From Acidobacteriota bacterium (GTDB lineage Bacteria > Acidobacteriota > Holophagae > Acanthopleuribacterales > Acanthopleuribacteraceae): DNA of 64,000 nucleotides. The DNA lies in the NCBI GenBank assembly GCA_020439745.1, contig JAGQSC010000013.1:61173-125172 (forward strand). Reading direction: 5' to 3'. A model generated the notes under the pieces. The model worked only from the letters and a program-made list of their open reading frames with translations, did no database searches and had not been told where the DNA came from. Shown piece after piece: positions 37,155 to 46,633 of this stretch (position 1 is the first letter of the stretch; each line of letters begins with the position of its first letter). The translations under genes were made by a program, and so were the position numbers.

Positions 37155-38311
37155 TCTGCAATTCGATCGAGCTTGCTCGGTACCACAAGAACTGCCCGCA
37201 GAACGTCCAGGCTCAGGTAATACAGCAGGAAGATGAGGTACGTTACGAATGGCAACATGGCTGACGCAAACACATAGCCCAAAACCTGGATGCCACTCAT
37301 CATGACCATGTCTGGATATTCGGCAAACACCAACCAGCCCAGGAAACCGATCGAAGCAAGTGCGCCAACGATCGTACCCACGCCGTAAACAAAGGGAACT
37401 AACCGAAGCAGCATTTTCATCAGGAACGAGAAGACGCCAATGGCCTCTTGTCCGGCAGATGCCTCGTCAGAAACTTGTAGATTCAAGCTATCCGAGTTGA
37501 GTGCGGCACCCGTGGCATACAGCATGATGGCAGTCACGCCCAGGCTTATCGCGAAGAAAATCAAGCCCTCCATCCCAAAATTCGAAATCAGTGCAAAAAC
37601 GCCACCTAACAAAGTGCCAATCGCACCAACAAATGCGATTAGGCCCCAACAATCGAGAAACGCCTTGGACGACAATTTGCTGGGTGATTTTTCGATCAGT
37701 GACTTACCCGCGTTGAGAAATTTGAAGGCAATGTAGTGCGCAATAATCGCCGCAGGAATGATGACCAAAGACATGCCAGCCATTTGCCAACTGCGCATAC
37801 GTCCACCGGCAATCATGCCAAATAGGACAAACACAATGGCCGCCACAGGAAATGCGAGGTGCCCGTATTTCTTAGCCGCTTCGTCAATCGCATCCAGGCG
37901 CTGACGATTGATGGTGTTGCGCACCATGTCCAGCAGTTTCTCCACCCACTTCAGGTGGATCATAAATCCTTCGCTGTCGCCGGAAGCCTGGTATTTCTTG
38001 AGCTGCTCCGCTGCACCACCAATCAGTTCCCGCCCGCCTTGTTTCATTCTTTCGAGCGAAGGGTCCGGTTGCGCTTGTGGGGCCGCCGCAGCGGGTGCTG
38101 CCTGAGGGGCTGGCGTTGGGGCTGGAGCCGCAGGAGCGGGTTGGGCCATTTGAAATTCGGGTAATGATTTTGGGTCTGCCCATTGCGCCATGCCAGCTCG
38201 CCAAACCATCAAGTTGGAGCCACCATGCGTTTGCATGAGTTCCTTTACCTGGGCGTCCGTGTATTGCCCTTCGAGTTGAGAACCATCCTTCACCACCATC
38301 CAAGCGGACAT
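37139..38311 (-). CDS. GYF_2 (DUF4339) domain membrane protein
   Basis: GGAGG-aaaa-ATG start. N-terminal GYF-type domain (WMVVKDGSQLEGQYTDAQVKELM..MVWRAGMAQWADPKSLPEF), an Ala/Pro-rich linker, then ~5 TM helices. Confidence 0.65.
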   Translation of the reverse strand: MSAWMVVKDGSQLEGQYTDAQVKELMQTHGGSNLMVWRAGMAQWADPKSLPEFQMAQPAPAAPAPTPAPQAAPAAAAPQAQPDPSLERMKQGGRELIGGAAEQLKKYQASGDSEGFMIHLKWVEKLLDMVRNTINRQRLDAIDEAAKKYGHLAFPVAAIVFVLFGMIAGGRMRSWQMAGMSLVIIPAAIIAHYIAFKFLNAGKSLIEKSPSKLSSKAFLDCWGLIAFVGAIGTLLGGVFALISNFGMEGLIFFAISLGVTAIMLYATGAALNSDSLNLQVSDEASAGQEAIGVFSFLMKMLLRLVPFVYGVGTIVGALASIGFLGWLVFAEYPDMVMMSGIQVLGYVFASAMLPFVTYLIFLLYYLSLDVLRAVLVVPSKLDRIADHLDK

Positions 38312-38467
38312 TTTTCCTCCAGTCAGTGTCATGTTGTCACAAATATGAATGAGATTGTTTCAAGCATCATATCAATGATGTGAGACATGTAAAAGACTTA
38401 GAAACCAAGAGAAAGGTGGCGGCTGAACCCAAACCGAGATTCGGGCTTAGCGATAAGTGTGTAGCGG

Positions 38468-41400
38468 CTACAAGCAGATGATCATATCGAGTATGGTCAC
38501 TGGATCCGGCCACTGAGGCAGCTGATTTGCAAGAGGCGGACAGATGGTGGCACGTTCCACAATCACGCGGAAATCGTCCACGCCAGCTTCGACAATCGAC
38601 CCAGTCCCACTGTCATCTGCCACAAAACGCACCTGCACGGTTGCATTAGGAGCGACATAATCGGAAATGGTAAATCGATGCAACAGCCAGGATCCTCGAG
38701 TGCCGGGACCCATGGGGCCAATGGTCTCCACATTGACCCAATTGCTCCCATCGTTGGTGATGTCGACGGTGAACACGTCATCAATGGCTGTACCGAAATT
38801 ATTGGCATACCAGCGGCGATACTCAATTTCGGCAGTTGGTTCGGCACTCACATCCAAAATCGGCGAAATCAATGTGGTGTGACCGCCATCCACATCATTT
38901 TCTCCGTTAGTGGCGGGGTCATTGCTCTGGCCTGTAATATAAGCCATCGTGGCAGCCCCTGGCGTATGGTCCAATTCGGGTTGAGACACCGTGCTCACGG
39001 GATCAATTCGTTCCCAAATACCGGTAGTGGCTGTGTCGCCTACAGCGCCAACTGTCCAGCCCATGTCCGTTTCCATATCGTCTTCGAACAGTACATCGTA
39101 GGGGTCGACGACAACTTGGAACGTCGATGTCGGAGCATTTTCGGGATAAGTCACCCCCTGAACTTCGAAGTAGTACTCTGGAGTATCGCCAATAATAAAA
39201 GACGGCAAGTTGGCCGTGAATTGATTCCCACCTGTCGGCGTCATGGCGATGGGCGTAAACGCACCGCCAGCCGCGCGGTAGTGCATGGTCGGTGTGCTCA
39301 TTAATGTGGCCGTACCTTCCGTGACCAGCAGGTCTATCGGGGTCAACACACCTGGCTCAATTTCTTGAGGGAATGACAGAGCTGGCGTCAACATCAGTGT
39401 AGGCGTGGCGGTGCTCACTGGGTGTGCGGCCACCGAAAAATCCGCATCTACGGCGCCTGTTTCCACGTGTGAATCTTGCACAATGCTGGCCGCAATAACT
39501 TCTACAGTCCATGTGCCTGCAGCAGGGTTTTCAACCCATACGTTCTCTACTGTATCAAGCGGATTAGCCAAGCCACCCGGAATGGAAAAATTGCCATCCA
39601 CCAATCCATTGTTGCCCCAATAAATATCGCCTGTAGGCGATGTAACCCGCAGATTCAAATCATTAATCGTATGCATCGTTGCCGCCGGATTACCTGCGGG
39701 GTCCAAGTACGTCATCGTGATGCGCAGTTCAGGCTGGGCTGGCGCCACAGTCAAGGCAAATACCGACTTCTCAAGGTTGGAAAGCACTACGGTTTCATTG
39801 ATCAGATGAAAGTCGTTGCGATTGTCGTAGAGCGTCCGTACATCCGCCCTACCCCAACCCTGGTGGACTCGGGCCATGTCGTCGGCCGCGCCATCGAAAT
39901 CGTACTGGGTGGCTGTATTGATCATCATGGCCTTGGCCATCGTCAGGTGCGGTCGATTGTCGAAAACCGTAGCACCGGGCGTGGGATTACCGAAAATGCC
40001 ATCGTGCCACATTTGAAAAAACAGACCGTGATGACCACAGGTGATCGGTGTGGCGCCACTAGTCCCTCCAAACTGAGTATATGCAGTAGGGCTACCCGTG
40101 GTGGTGGTCAATGTACTGTCATAGAAATGACTTAGGTCGGGCTTGATTCGACCATCAGGTGCAGGACCAATGCTGGCCCCTCCACTGCCGCAACCCCAAC
40201 AATCATCATCGGTCGCCAATGTATTGAAGTGATTAAATCCGCCCACGGACATCATGTTTTTTGCCCAAGCTTGGGGTCTTGAGTCACGACTCAATGCGTT
40301 GCTTTGCGACTGGCAATGAAGCAAATCAAAATCAAACAGCATGGTGTCGGACTCTTGGGAAAACGTTGTGTAGTCAGTCACTCTTGTTGTACCCACACTA
40401 GAGGTCTGAAACACAGCGAAATAAGGCGCCTGCAATAGCTCGCCGGTATTGTTGTATCGTGACATGCCCGTAATCGGAACCACATCGTAATCCGCGATAA
40501 TGCCCTGGCCGGCAGGCAACAGCCCTCTTGCGGCCGGATTTCCCGTGCCATCTCCAAACACGATTCCCACCGTGGACGCGCCATGGGAGTCAGGCGTGTT
40601 GGCAGTGTGAAGAATAAGCGGGTTTGACTGCAAATCGACGTGCGCGGTGTTGAATCCCGAGTCAAAAACCTCTCCGCGGACTCCCGTCCCATCATAACCA
40701 GCCATGGTTTCGATATAGTTGGCTCCTGACAGTTCGCGGACCACGTCCATGTCCTTCTCGTAGTCACTCCATTGGTCCACAAAGGCGACATCGTCCCAGT
40801 TGATGACTTCAAACAACTGGTGGTGACTCAACTCAGCAACCATCAGGTAGCGACTGAAATTGAGGCCCAAAACCGCGCCGCCAATACTCTGAATACGGGC
40901 GGCAAGATTCTCTTTGGTGGTCATATCGTCATCGAACAATTGAAGATTATAGGTGCCAGTTGGATAGTCTTGCTCGGCCGTGCCCACCCTTTGCACGAAA
41001 TAAGGATCAAGCCGGAAAACGGGTCTGTAGGCACCTACCCATCTCACGTTCGGCACCTCGTCCAATACGTTGAGTTGCGCTTTGTCTAAACGAATCACCA
41101 AGGCATTGGCGGGTAGATACGCCAAAACCGTCGCGCTGACATTGGCTAAGGCCGTCCGATATTCGGCCATCACGGGCGTTCTGAACTGAACGATGTGTAG
41201 GTTTTCTTCGGGTGATGAACTTCTCAGATCAACCAATTCAGGCTGCGTCACAAGGGGATCAAAAACCGCTGATCTTAGGTATAGACTGGTGTCCGCAGTG
41301 CCCACCTGCTTGAGTGAGCCCGCATGAAACACGGCAAATTTTTCGACGGACTTGCCCTTATTAACTTCAATCCAACACAGCGTATCCACCTTCCCGCCTT

Positions 41401-41539
41401 GATAATGGCGAAGGTCCTGGAATGCTCCTTTTGTGGTTGAAACCGTTTGATTGTGAAGCATCAGCACATGGTTCTGTCCCACGTTTTTGACGCTAATTGT
41501 TCCTTCAGAAAGCAGAATTGCCATCACCATCAAGATCAT
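38468..41539 (-). CDS. Secreted S8 (subtilisin-like) serine peptidase, 1023 aa
   Basis: Catalytic contexts GEVFDSGFN (Asp), PDSHGASTVG (His) and FGGTSGATPITCG (Ser). Followed by a P-domain-like region and further beta-rich C-terminal domains. GGGAGGA SD. Confidence 0.85.
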   Translation of the reverse strand: MILMVMAILLSEGTISVKNVGQNHVLMLHNQTVSTTKGAFQDLRHYQGGKVDTLCWIEVNKGKSVEKFAVFHAGSLKQVGTADTSLYLRSAVFDPLVTQPELVDLRSSSPEENLHIVQFRTPVMAEYRTALANVSATVLAYLPANALVIRLDKAQLNVLDEVPNVRWVGAYRPVFRLDPYFVQRVGTAEQDYPTGTYNLQLFDDDMTTKENLAARIQSIGGAVLGLNFSRYLMVAELSHHQLFEVINWDDVAFVDQWSDYEKDMDVVRELSGANYIETMAGYDGTGVRGEVFDSGFNTAHVDLQSNPLILHTANTPDSHGASTVGIVFGDGTGNPAARGLLPAGQGIIADYDVVPITGMSRYNNTGELLQAPYFAVFQTSSVGTTRVTDYTTFSQESDTMLFDFDLLHCQSQSNALSRDSRPQAWAKNMMSVGGFNHFNTLATDDDCWGCGSGGASIGPAPDGRIKPDLSHFYDSTLTTTTGSPTAYTQFGGTSGATPITCGHHGLFFQMWHDGIFGNPTPGATVFDNRPHLTMAKAMMINTATQYDFDGAADDMARVHQGWGRADVRTLYDNRNDFHLINETVVLSNLEKSVFALTVAPAQPELRITMTYLDPAGNPAATMHTINDLNLRVTSPTGDIYWGNNGLVDGNFSIPGGLANPLDTVENVWVENPAAGTWTVEVIAASIVQDSHVETGAVDADFSVAAHPVSTATPTLMLTPALSFPQEIEPGVLTPIDLLVTEGTATLMSTPTMHYRAAGGAFTPIAMTPTGGNQFTANLPSFIIGDTPEYYFEVQGVTYPENAPTSTFQVVVDPYDVLFEDDMETDMGWTVGAVGDTATTGIWERIDPVSTVSQPELDHTPGAATMAYITGQSNDPATNGENDVDGGHTTLISPILDVSAEPTAEIEYRRWYANNFGTAIDDVFTVDITNDGSNWVNVETIGPMGPGTRGSWLLHRFTISDYVAPNATVQVRFVADDSGTGSIVEAGVDDFRVIVERATICPPLANQLPQWPDPVTILDMIICL

Positions 41540-41916
41540 CGCGTTCGATCCTCCCGAAATTGACGAGTTGAAAACGCGAGTATATCACTGCAAATTAGTT
41601 ATCCCCTCCCAAACTATTGGTCCATCCAAAACTTTTTTTGGGTCTTTTCGGTGACTGCCACCACGAACCAAATACCAGACCAGCACTACAAATCATCGAC
41701 CTTGAATGTCACTTCAACTTTATCATTCATGACAGAACTCAAAAAAAAGTCGTTGACACCACCAAAGTGCCTCCTGTAGTCTCGGTCGCCATACCCAGCG
41801 GGACGATAGAAACTATACTATCGGACCACGGTGTTCATACTACTCCCAAACGTATTCATCATCACTGTAAAGCGCTGTGGATACGTGCGTTATGGATTCG
41901 AATAAAATAACAAACT

Positions 41917-42000
41917 ATGTTTAAGACTACACTTCTTGCCCTCATTCTTGTGATTGTGATTATTAGCCTCGTGCTTCTGAGGTTGGGGCCACCGGTGTAG
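41917..42000 (+). CDS. ilv/leu operon leader peptide (27 aa, 16 Leu/Ile/Val)
   Basis: Not in the ORF track. MFKTTLLALILVIVIISLVLLRLGPPV has 8 Leu, 4 Ile and 4 Val. It lies immediately upstream of an intrinsic terminator and ilvD. No SD is present. Confidence 0.6.
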   Translation: MFKTTLLALILVIVIISLVLLRLGPPV

Positions 42001-42026
42001 TCTAATCACATCTCAAACACCACAAG

Positions 42027-42063
42027 GGCCCCGAACCTCAACCAGGATTCGGGGCCTTTTTTT
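42027..42063 (+). terminator. Attenuator (intrinsic terminator) upstream of ilvD
   Basis: 9-bp stem GGCCCCGAA (42027-42035) / TTCGGGGCC (42048-42056) followed by TTTTTTT (42057-42063). The 5' arm can alternatively pair with TTGGGGCC (41983-41990) at the end of the leader ORF. Confidence 0.65.
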
Positions 42064-42085
42064 ATTTCCATTCAGCGAGGTCCAC

Positions 42086-43729
42086 GTGACACAACAAACC
42101 AGTTACAAACTTACCCAAGGCGTATCTCGCGCACCGGCTCGCGCCATGCTCAAGGCTACCGGCCTCTCTGACCATGATCTCGCCAAGCCTCTGATCGGTA
42201 TTGCCAATACCTGGATCGAGGTGACCCCCTGCAACATCCACCTGCGGGAGCTTGCTGAGCACGTGAAACGAGGAGTGCGGGAAGCGGGTGGCACGCCCAT
42301 CGAATTCAACACCATTGCGGTGTCCGATGGCATCACGATGGGGACGCCAGGCATGAATGCCTCACTGATATCACGCGAGGTTATTGCCGATTCCATAGAG
42401 CTCTGTGCCGGCGCTCACGGATTCGATGCCATTGTGGCATTGGTGGGCTGTGACAAGACCATTCCGGGTGCCATTATGGGACTGGTTCGACTCAATCGCC
42501 CAGCTGTGGTCCTTTATGGTGGTTCCATCATGCCGGGCCGGCACCAGGAATCGGATGTCACCGTGCAAGACGTTTTTGAGGCAGTCGGAGCGTGTCACGC
42601 GGGTCGCATCGATCAGGCTGAGTTACAAAGGCTCGAGGATCGAGCTTGCCCGGGCGCCGGAGCCTGTGGCGGTCAATTCACAGCCAACACCATGGCCGGA
42701 GCAGCGTCCTTGATGGGCATCTCCCCGATGCACGCCAACGATTTGCCCGCACGTCACCCTGACAAAAACCATGCCGCATTTGAGGTGGGTCACATGGTGA
42801 TGCGCTGCCTGGAACGAGACCTGAAACCGAGCTACCTGATCACTCAAGATTCACTTGCAAACGCAATCACGGGTGTGGCCGCTACCGGCGGTTCGACAAA
42901 CGCCATCCTGCATCTGCTGGCAATTGCCGCAGAAGCAGGGGTGTCGCTCGATCTGGCGGAATTTGACCGCATCGCTGTACACACGCCCGTTATCGCTGAC
43001 CTGAAACCGGGAGGCCGATACACAGCGCCCGACTTCACGGCGGCAGGCGGTATGGGCAAGCTCGTTCAAGAGCTATCCGGTCTCCTGCAAGATACGCCCA
43101 CCGTTACCGGCCGATCGTTGTTCACCGAAAGCAAGCTCAAGCACAGCCCCAATGAACAGAGGGTCATCAGCTCCACCGCAAAGCCATTCAAACCGCGCGG
43201 CGGATTTGCCATTTTGTGGGGCAACATCGCGCCCGAGGGTTGCGTGGTGAAACTCAGCGGTCACGATCGCCAAAAACACACCGGACCTGCAGTGGTGTTC
43301 GAAGACGAGTCTTCAGCATTTGAAGCCATTCGCAGTGGCACCATCCGTCCTGGCGACGTACTCGTCATCCGTAACGTCGGACCCAAAGGCGGACCCGGCA
43401 TGCCGGAAATGCTGGCCGTCACTGCAGCCTTGGTGGGCGCAGGCCTTGGCGATCGCGTGGCTTTGATTACCGATGGACGGTTCAGCGGTGCTACTCGGGG
43501 ACTAATGGTGGGACACGTCGCGCCCGAGGCCGCAGCTGGTGGTCCCATCGGCCAGGTGAGAGATGGCGACTTAATCAGCATTGACGTCGCTCAAAGGCAA
43601 TTACACACCGATGCCAATCTGGAGACACGTGCCTGCCTCCCTCCCACCCAAAAATTAACTGGCGTTTACGCCAAATACGCGAGCCACGTCCAGTCCGCCT
43701 CTCGCGGTGCTGTGGCTTTGGCAACCTAA
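42086..43729 (+). CDS. ilvD: Dihydroxy-acid dehydratase
   Basis: GTG start. RAPARAMLKATG.., PLIGIANTWIEVTPCNIHL, SDGITMGTPGM, CDKTIPG are diagnostic of IlvD/Edd family motifs. Confidence 0.95.
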   Translation: MTQQTSYKLTQGVSRAPARAMLKATGLSDHDLAKPLIGIANTWIEVTPCNIHLRELAEHVKRGVREAGGTPIEFNTIAVSDGITMGTPGMNASLISREVIADSIELCAGAHGFDAIVALVGCDKTIPGAIMGLVRLNRPAVVLYGGSIMPGRHQESDVTVQDVFEAVGACHAGRIDQAELQRLEDRACPGAGACGGQFTANTMAGAASLMGISPMHANDLPARHPDKNHAAFEVGHMVMRCLERDLKPSYLITQDSLANAITGVAATGGSTNAILHLLAIAAEAGVSLDLAEFDRIAVHTPVIADLKPGGRYTAPDFTAAGGMGKLVQELSGLLQDTPTVTGRSLFTESKLKHSPNEQRVISSTAKPFKPRGGFAILWGNIAPEGCVVKLSGHDRQKHTGPAVVFEDESSAFEAIRSGTIRPGDVLVIRNVGPKGGPGMPEMLAVTAALVGAGLGDRVALITDGRFSGATRGLMVGHVAPEAAAGGPIGQVRDGDLISIDVAQRQLHTDANLETRACLPPTQKLTGVYAKYASHVQSASRGAVALAT

Positions 43730-43737
43730 AGGGAGAC

Positions 43738-44745
43738 ATGATGACCGACTTTTATTGGGAAGCAGATGTAAATCCAAAAAACCTCGAAAACATGACCATT
43801 GCCGTCTTGGGTTATGGCAGTCAGGGGCGAGCTCACGCTTTGAACCTGCGTGATTCTGGGGCCACGGTACAACTGGGACTGCGAAGAGGTGCCAGTTGGG
43901 ATATGGCCGTTGCAGATCGGTGGCAACCGACCCGCATGGAATCCGCCGTCGTGGGTGCCGACCTCGTGGCATTTCTGGTACCGGACCTCGCTCAACCTGA
44001 ACTATTCCATGAAATCAAACCTCATCTCCATCCAAAGGCGACCCTTCTTTTCGCGCACGGTTTCAATGTCCACTTCGGATTCCTAGACCTACCCCCTACC
44101 CATGATGTGGTGATGGTTGCGCCTAAAGGGCCGGGCCATTTAGTAAGGCGGCAATACACGCAAGGATGTGGCGTTCCCTGTCTGGCTGCTGTTCATCAAG
44201 ATACCAGTGGTTGCGCTTTCGAATCCACTTTGGCTTACGCGCATGGCATTGGCGGCACTCGTGCCGGTGTTGTCAAGACAACATTTGCCGAGGAGACCAA
44301 TACAGATCTGTTCGGTGAGCAAGCTGTGCTTTGTGGCGGTGCCACGGAGCTGGTGCTCGCAGGTTTTGAAACGCTGGTGGATGCGGGATACAAACCGGAG
44401 GTCGCCTATTTTGAGTGCCTTCACGAATTGAAGCTAATCGTGGACTTGCTTTATGAAGGTGGCCTGGAGAAGATGCACCGCTACATCAGCGACACCGCCA
44501 AATATGGTGATCTCACCCGTGGTCCCCGAATCGTGGACCGAGAAGTACGCGACCGCATGAAAGCGGTGTTGAAAGAGATCGAATCCGGAGAGTTCGCCAG
44601 AGAGTGGCGCGACGAGTATGCGGCCGGAGGCAAGAACTATCGACAGCTACTGGATGCCGACCTGGACCACCGTATTGAAGACGTGGGCAAGACCCTGCGC
44701 AGCCATATGAACTGGCTCAATGAGCCTGCGGAGGCCAACGCGTGA
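43738..44745 (+). CDS. ilvC: Ketol-acid reductoisomerase (class I)
   Basis: IAVLGYGSQGRAHALNLRDSG Rossmann motif. 335 aa with a GGGAG SD. Confidence 0.95.
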   Translation: MMTDFYWEADVNPKNLENMTIAVLGYGSQGRAHALNLRDSGATVQLGLRRGASWDMAVADRWQPTRMESAVVGADLVAFLVPDLAQPELFHEIKPHLHPKATLLFAHGFNVHFGFLDLPPTHDVVMVAPKGPGHLVRRQYTQGCGVPCLAAVHQDTSGCAFESTLAYAHGIGGTRAGVVKTTFAEETNTDLFGEQAVLCGGATELVLAGFETLVDAGYKPEVAYFECLHELKLIVDLLYEGGLEKMHRYISDTAKYGDLTRGPRIVDREVRDRMKAVLKEIESGEFAREWRDEYAAGGKNYRQLLDADLDHRIEDVGKTLRSHMNWLNEPAEANA

Positions 44746-46391
44746 ACGGAGCAGACGCCATCGTTAAGGCCATCGCGCAAGAAGGCATCGATACCGTTTT
44801 CGGTTACCCGGGGGGTGCGATCATGCCCCTGTACGATGCCCTGCTGCAAGCGCCGTTCAAGCACATCTTGATGCGCCACGAACAGGCAGCAGCACTTGCA
44901 GCTGATGGCTATGCCCGTGTTCGTGGCAACGTTGGCGTCTGCTTGGCCACCTCTGGACCAGGCGCCACCAATCTGATCACAGGCATTGCCAATGCTTTTC
45001 TGGACTCTGTCCCCATGGTCGCCATCACCGGTCAAGTGGCCACACCCGTTCTGGGTACCGATGCCTTTCAAGAAGTAGATGTGTTTGGACTCACCATGCC
45101 CGTCGTCAAGCATAGTTTCTTGACCAAAACGCCGGCAGACTTGGGCGAGGCATTGGCCCAGTCCTTTCACTTAGCTCGATCAGGAAGACCCGGACCAGTG
45201 GTCGTGGATGTTCCCAAGGACGTGATGTTGGCGAAAGCGACATCCCACCCTGTATTTGAAGATACAAGCGATCAGCCACTTCCCGATCCAGCTGCGATCC
45301 GAAAGGCCAACCAACTGCTTGAGTCGTGCCGTCGCCCTCTCATTTACTCGGGTGGTGGCGTTTCCATGGGGCAGGCTCTTTCAGCTTTTCGGGACCTTGT
45401 CGCCAGAACGGGCATACCAGTGGTCACTACGCTCAAGGGCATCGGCAATCTGCCCGGCGATCATCCGTTATTCCTCGGCATGTTGGGCATGCACGGACTC
45501 AAGTCCGCCAATCTTGCCGTTCAGGAATGTGACTTGTTATTGGTGATTGGCGCTCGATTTGATGATCGTGCCACGGGGAAGCTGGCCGAATTCGCACCCA
45601 ACGCCGCGGTCATTCATTGCGATGTAGACGCCGCTGAAATCGGAAAACTGCGCCAAGTGGAAGCCTCCCTAACTGAGCCATTGAACCTGACCTTACCTTT
45701 GTTGGTACTTGATCCCATCAATCCACACTGGGTCAATCGGTGTGTGTCGCGAGTACACGCCTACAGATCAAGACCTCAAACGCGGACAAGAGGCATCTAT
45801 GCGCCCAGGCTCCTGAACAATTTGAGTCGTGTGCTAAGTCCAGAGGCCATCGTCACCTGTGACGTGGGCCAACACCAGATGTGGGTGGCCCAACACATGC
45901 GTTTTGCACGTCCCGCGTGCCACCTTTCCAGTGGCGGTTTGGGAACCATGGGTTATGGCCTCCCGGCTGCCATTGGGGCTTGTTACGCCAATCCCCAAGC
46001 ACCCGTCCTTTGCGTCACGGGCGATGGCTCACTGATGATGAACATCCAAGAATTTACGACCATCGTTCGAGAACAACTGCCCATCAAGATTCTGCTCTTT
46101 GACAATCAGAGCTTGGGCATGGTGCGTCAATGGCAAGAGCTCTTTTTCCAAGAACGTTTCTCCCAGATCGACCTATCGGACAATCCCGATTTCTGCACCG
46201 TTGCGTTGGCTTTTGGCTTGCCGGCTATGCGATTCGAACGACCAAGTCAGGAGCCAAACATTATTCAAGCGATCACTCAGGTCGCGGGTCCATTGCTGCT
46301 TCACGTACGGATCGACCCCAACGACAAAGTCTGGCCACTGGTGGCCCCAGGTCAACCCAATCACCATATGATGGAAGGAGTCTCAAAATGA
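44742..46391 (+). CDS. ilvG: Acetolactate synthase large subunit (AHAS II / IlvG-like)
   Basis: ThDP enzyme with GYPGGAIMPLYDAL and the GLGTMGYGLPAAIGA..GDGSLMMNIQE ThDP motif. 549 aa and paired with an IlvM-type small subunit. GTGA overlap with ilvC. Confidence 0.9.
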   Translation: MNGADAIVKAIAQEGIDTVFGYPGGAIMPLYDALLQAPFKHILMRHEQAAALAADGYARVRGNVGVCLATSGPGATNLITGIANAFLDSVPMVAITGQVATPVLGTDAFQEVDVFGLTMPVVKHSFLTKTPADLGEALAQSFHLARSGRPGPVVVDVPKDVMLAKATSHPVFEDTSDQPLPDPAAIRKANQLLESCRRPLIYSGGGVSMGQALSAFRDLVARTGIPVVTTLKGIGNLPGDHPLFLGMLGMHGLKSANLAVQECDLLLVIGARFDDRATGKLAEFAPNAAVIHCDVDAAEIGKLRQVEASLTEPLNLTLPLLVLDPINPHWVNRCVSRVHAYRSRPQTRTRGIYAPRLLNNLSRVLSPEAIVTCDVGQHQMWVAQHMRFARPACHLSSGGLGTMGYGLPAAIGACYANPQAPVLCVTGDGSLMMNIQEFTTIVREQLPIKILLFDNQSLGMVRQWQELFFQERFSQIDLSDNPDFCTVALAFGLPAMRFERPSQEPNIIQAITQVAGPLLLHVRIDPNDKVWPLVAPGQPNHHMMEGVSK

Positions 46392-46633
46392 CATACACGC
46401 TTCAACTTCAGGCCCACAACGCCCATGGCATCTTGGAACGTATTCTCGGAGTCATTCGTTACCGAGGATTTGAGATTATGGGCCTCGTTGCCCACCTACA
46501 GGGACTCCAGCTTGCAATTACATTAGAACTATCGGGTCAAAACCAGCATCTCATCCACCACTTGCGCAAATTAATTGATGTCCAGTTTGCTCATATGACC
46601 GAACGTGTTTCGTCGGTGCGGGAGGCCTCGTGA
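46388..46633 (+). CDS. ilvM: Acetolactate synthase small subunit, short IlvM-type (81 aa)
   Basis: Internal ATG of track ORF 46130..46633, forming an ATGA overlap with ilvG. GILERILGVIRYRGFEI and LRKLIDVQFAHM parallel E. coli IlvM (TLERVLRVVRHRGFHV, LNKLVDVAHV). Confidence 0.75.
   Translation: MTYTLQLQAHNAHGILERILGVIRYRGFEIMGLVAHLQGLQLAITLELSGQNQHLIHHLRKLIDVQFAHMTERVSSVREAS

Noticed and set aside
41617-41910. 97-aa ORF in the ilvD upstream region.
   Set aside because: It has no SD and no protein-like features by eye, and it occupies the AT-rich promoter region shared by the divergent S8 peptidase and ilv operon. The real small ORF is the 27-aa leader at 41917.
46130-46387. 86-codon N-terminal extension of the ilvM ORF, and similarly 51970..52020 for leuD.
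   Set aside because: The extensions overlap the preceding genes out of frame and are Arg/Ser/Gly-rich. Internal ATGs that form ATGA overlaps give N-termini matching the families.
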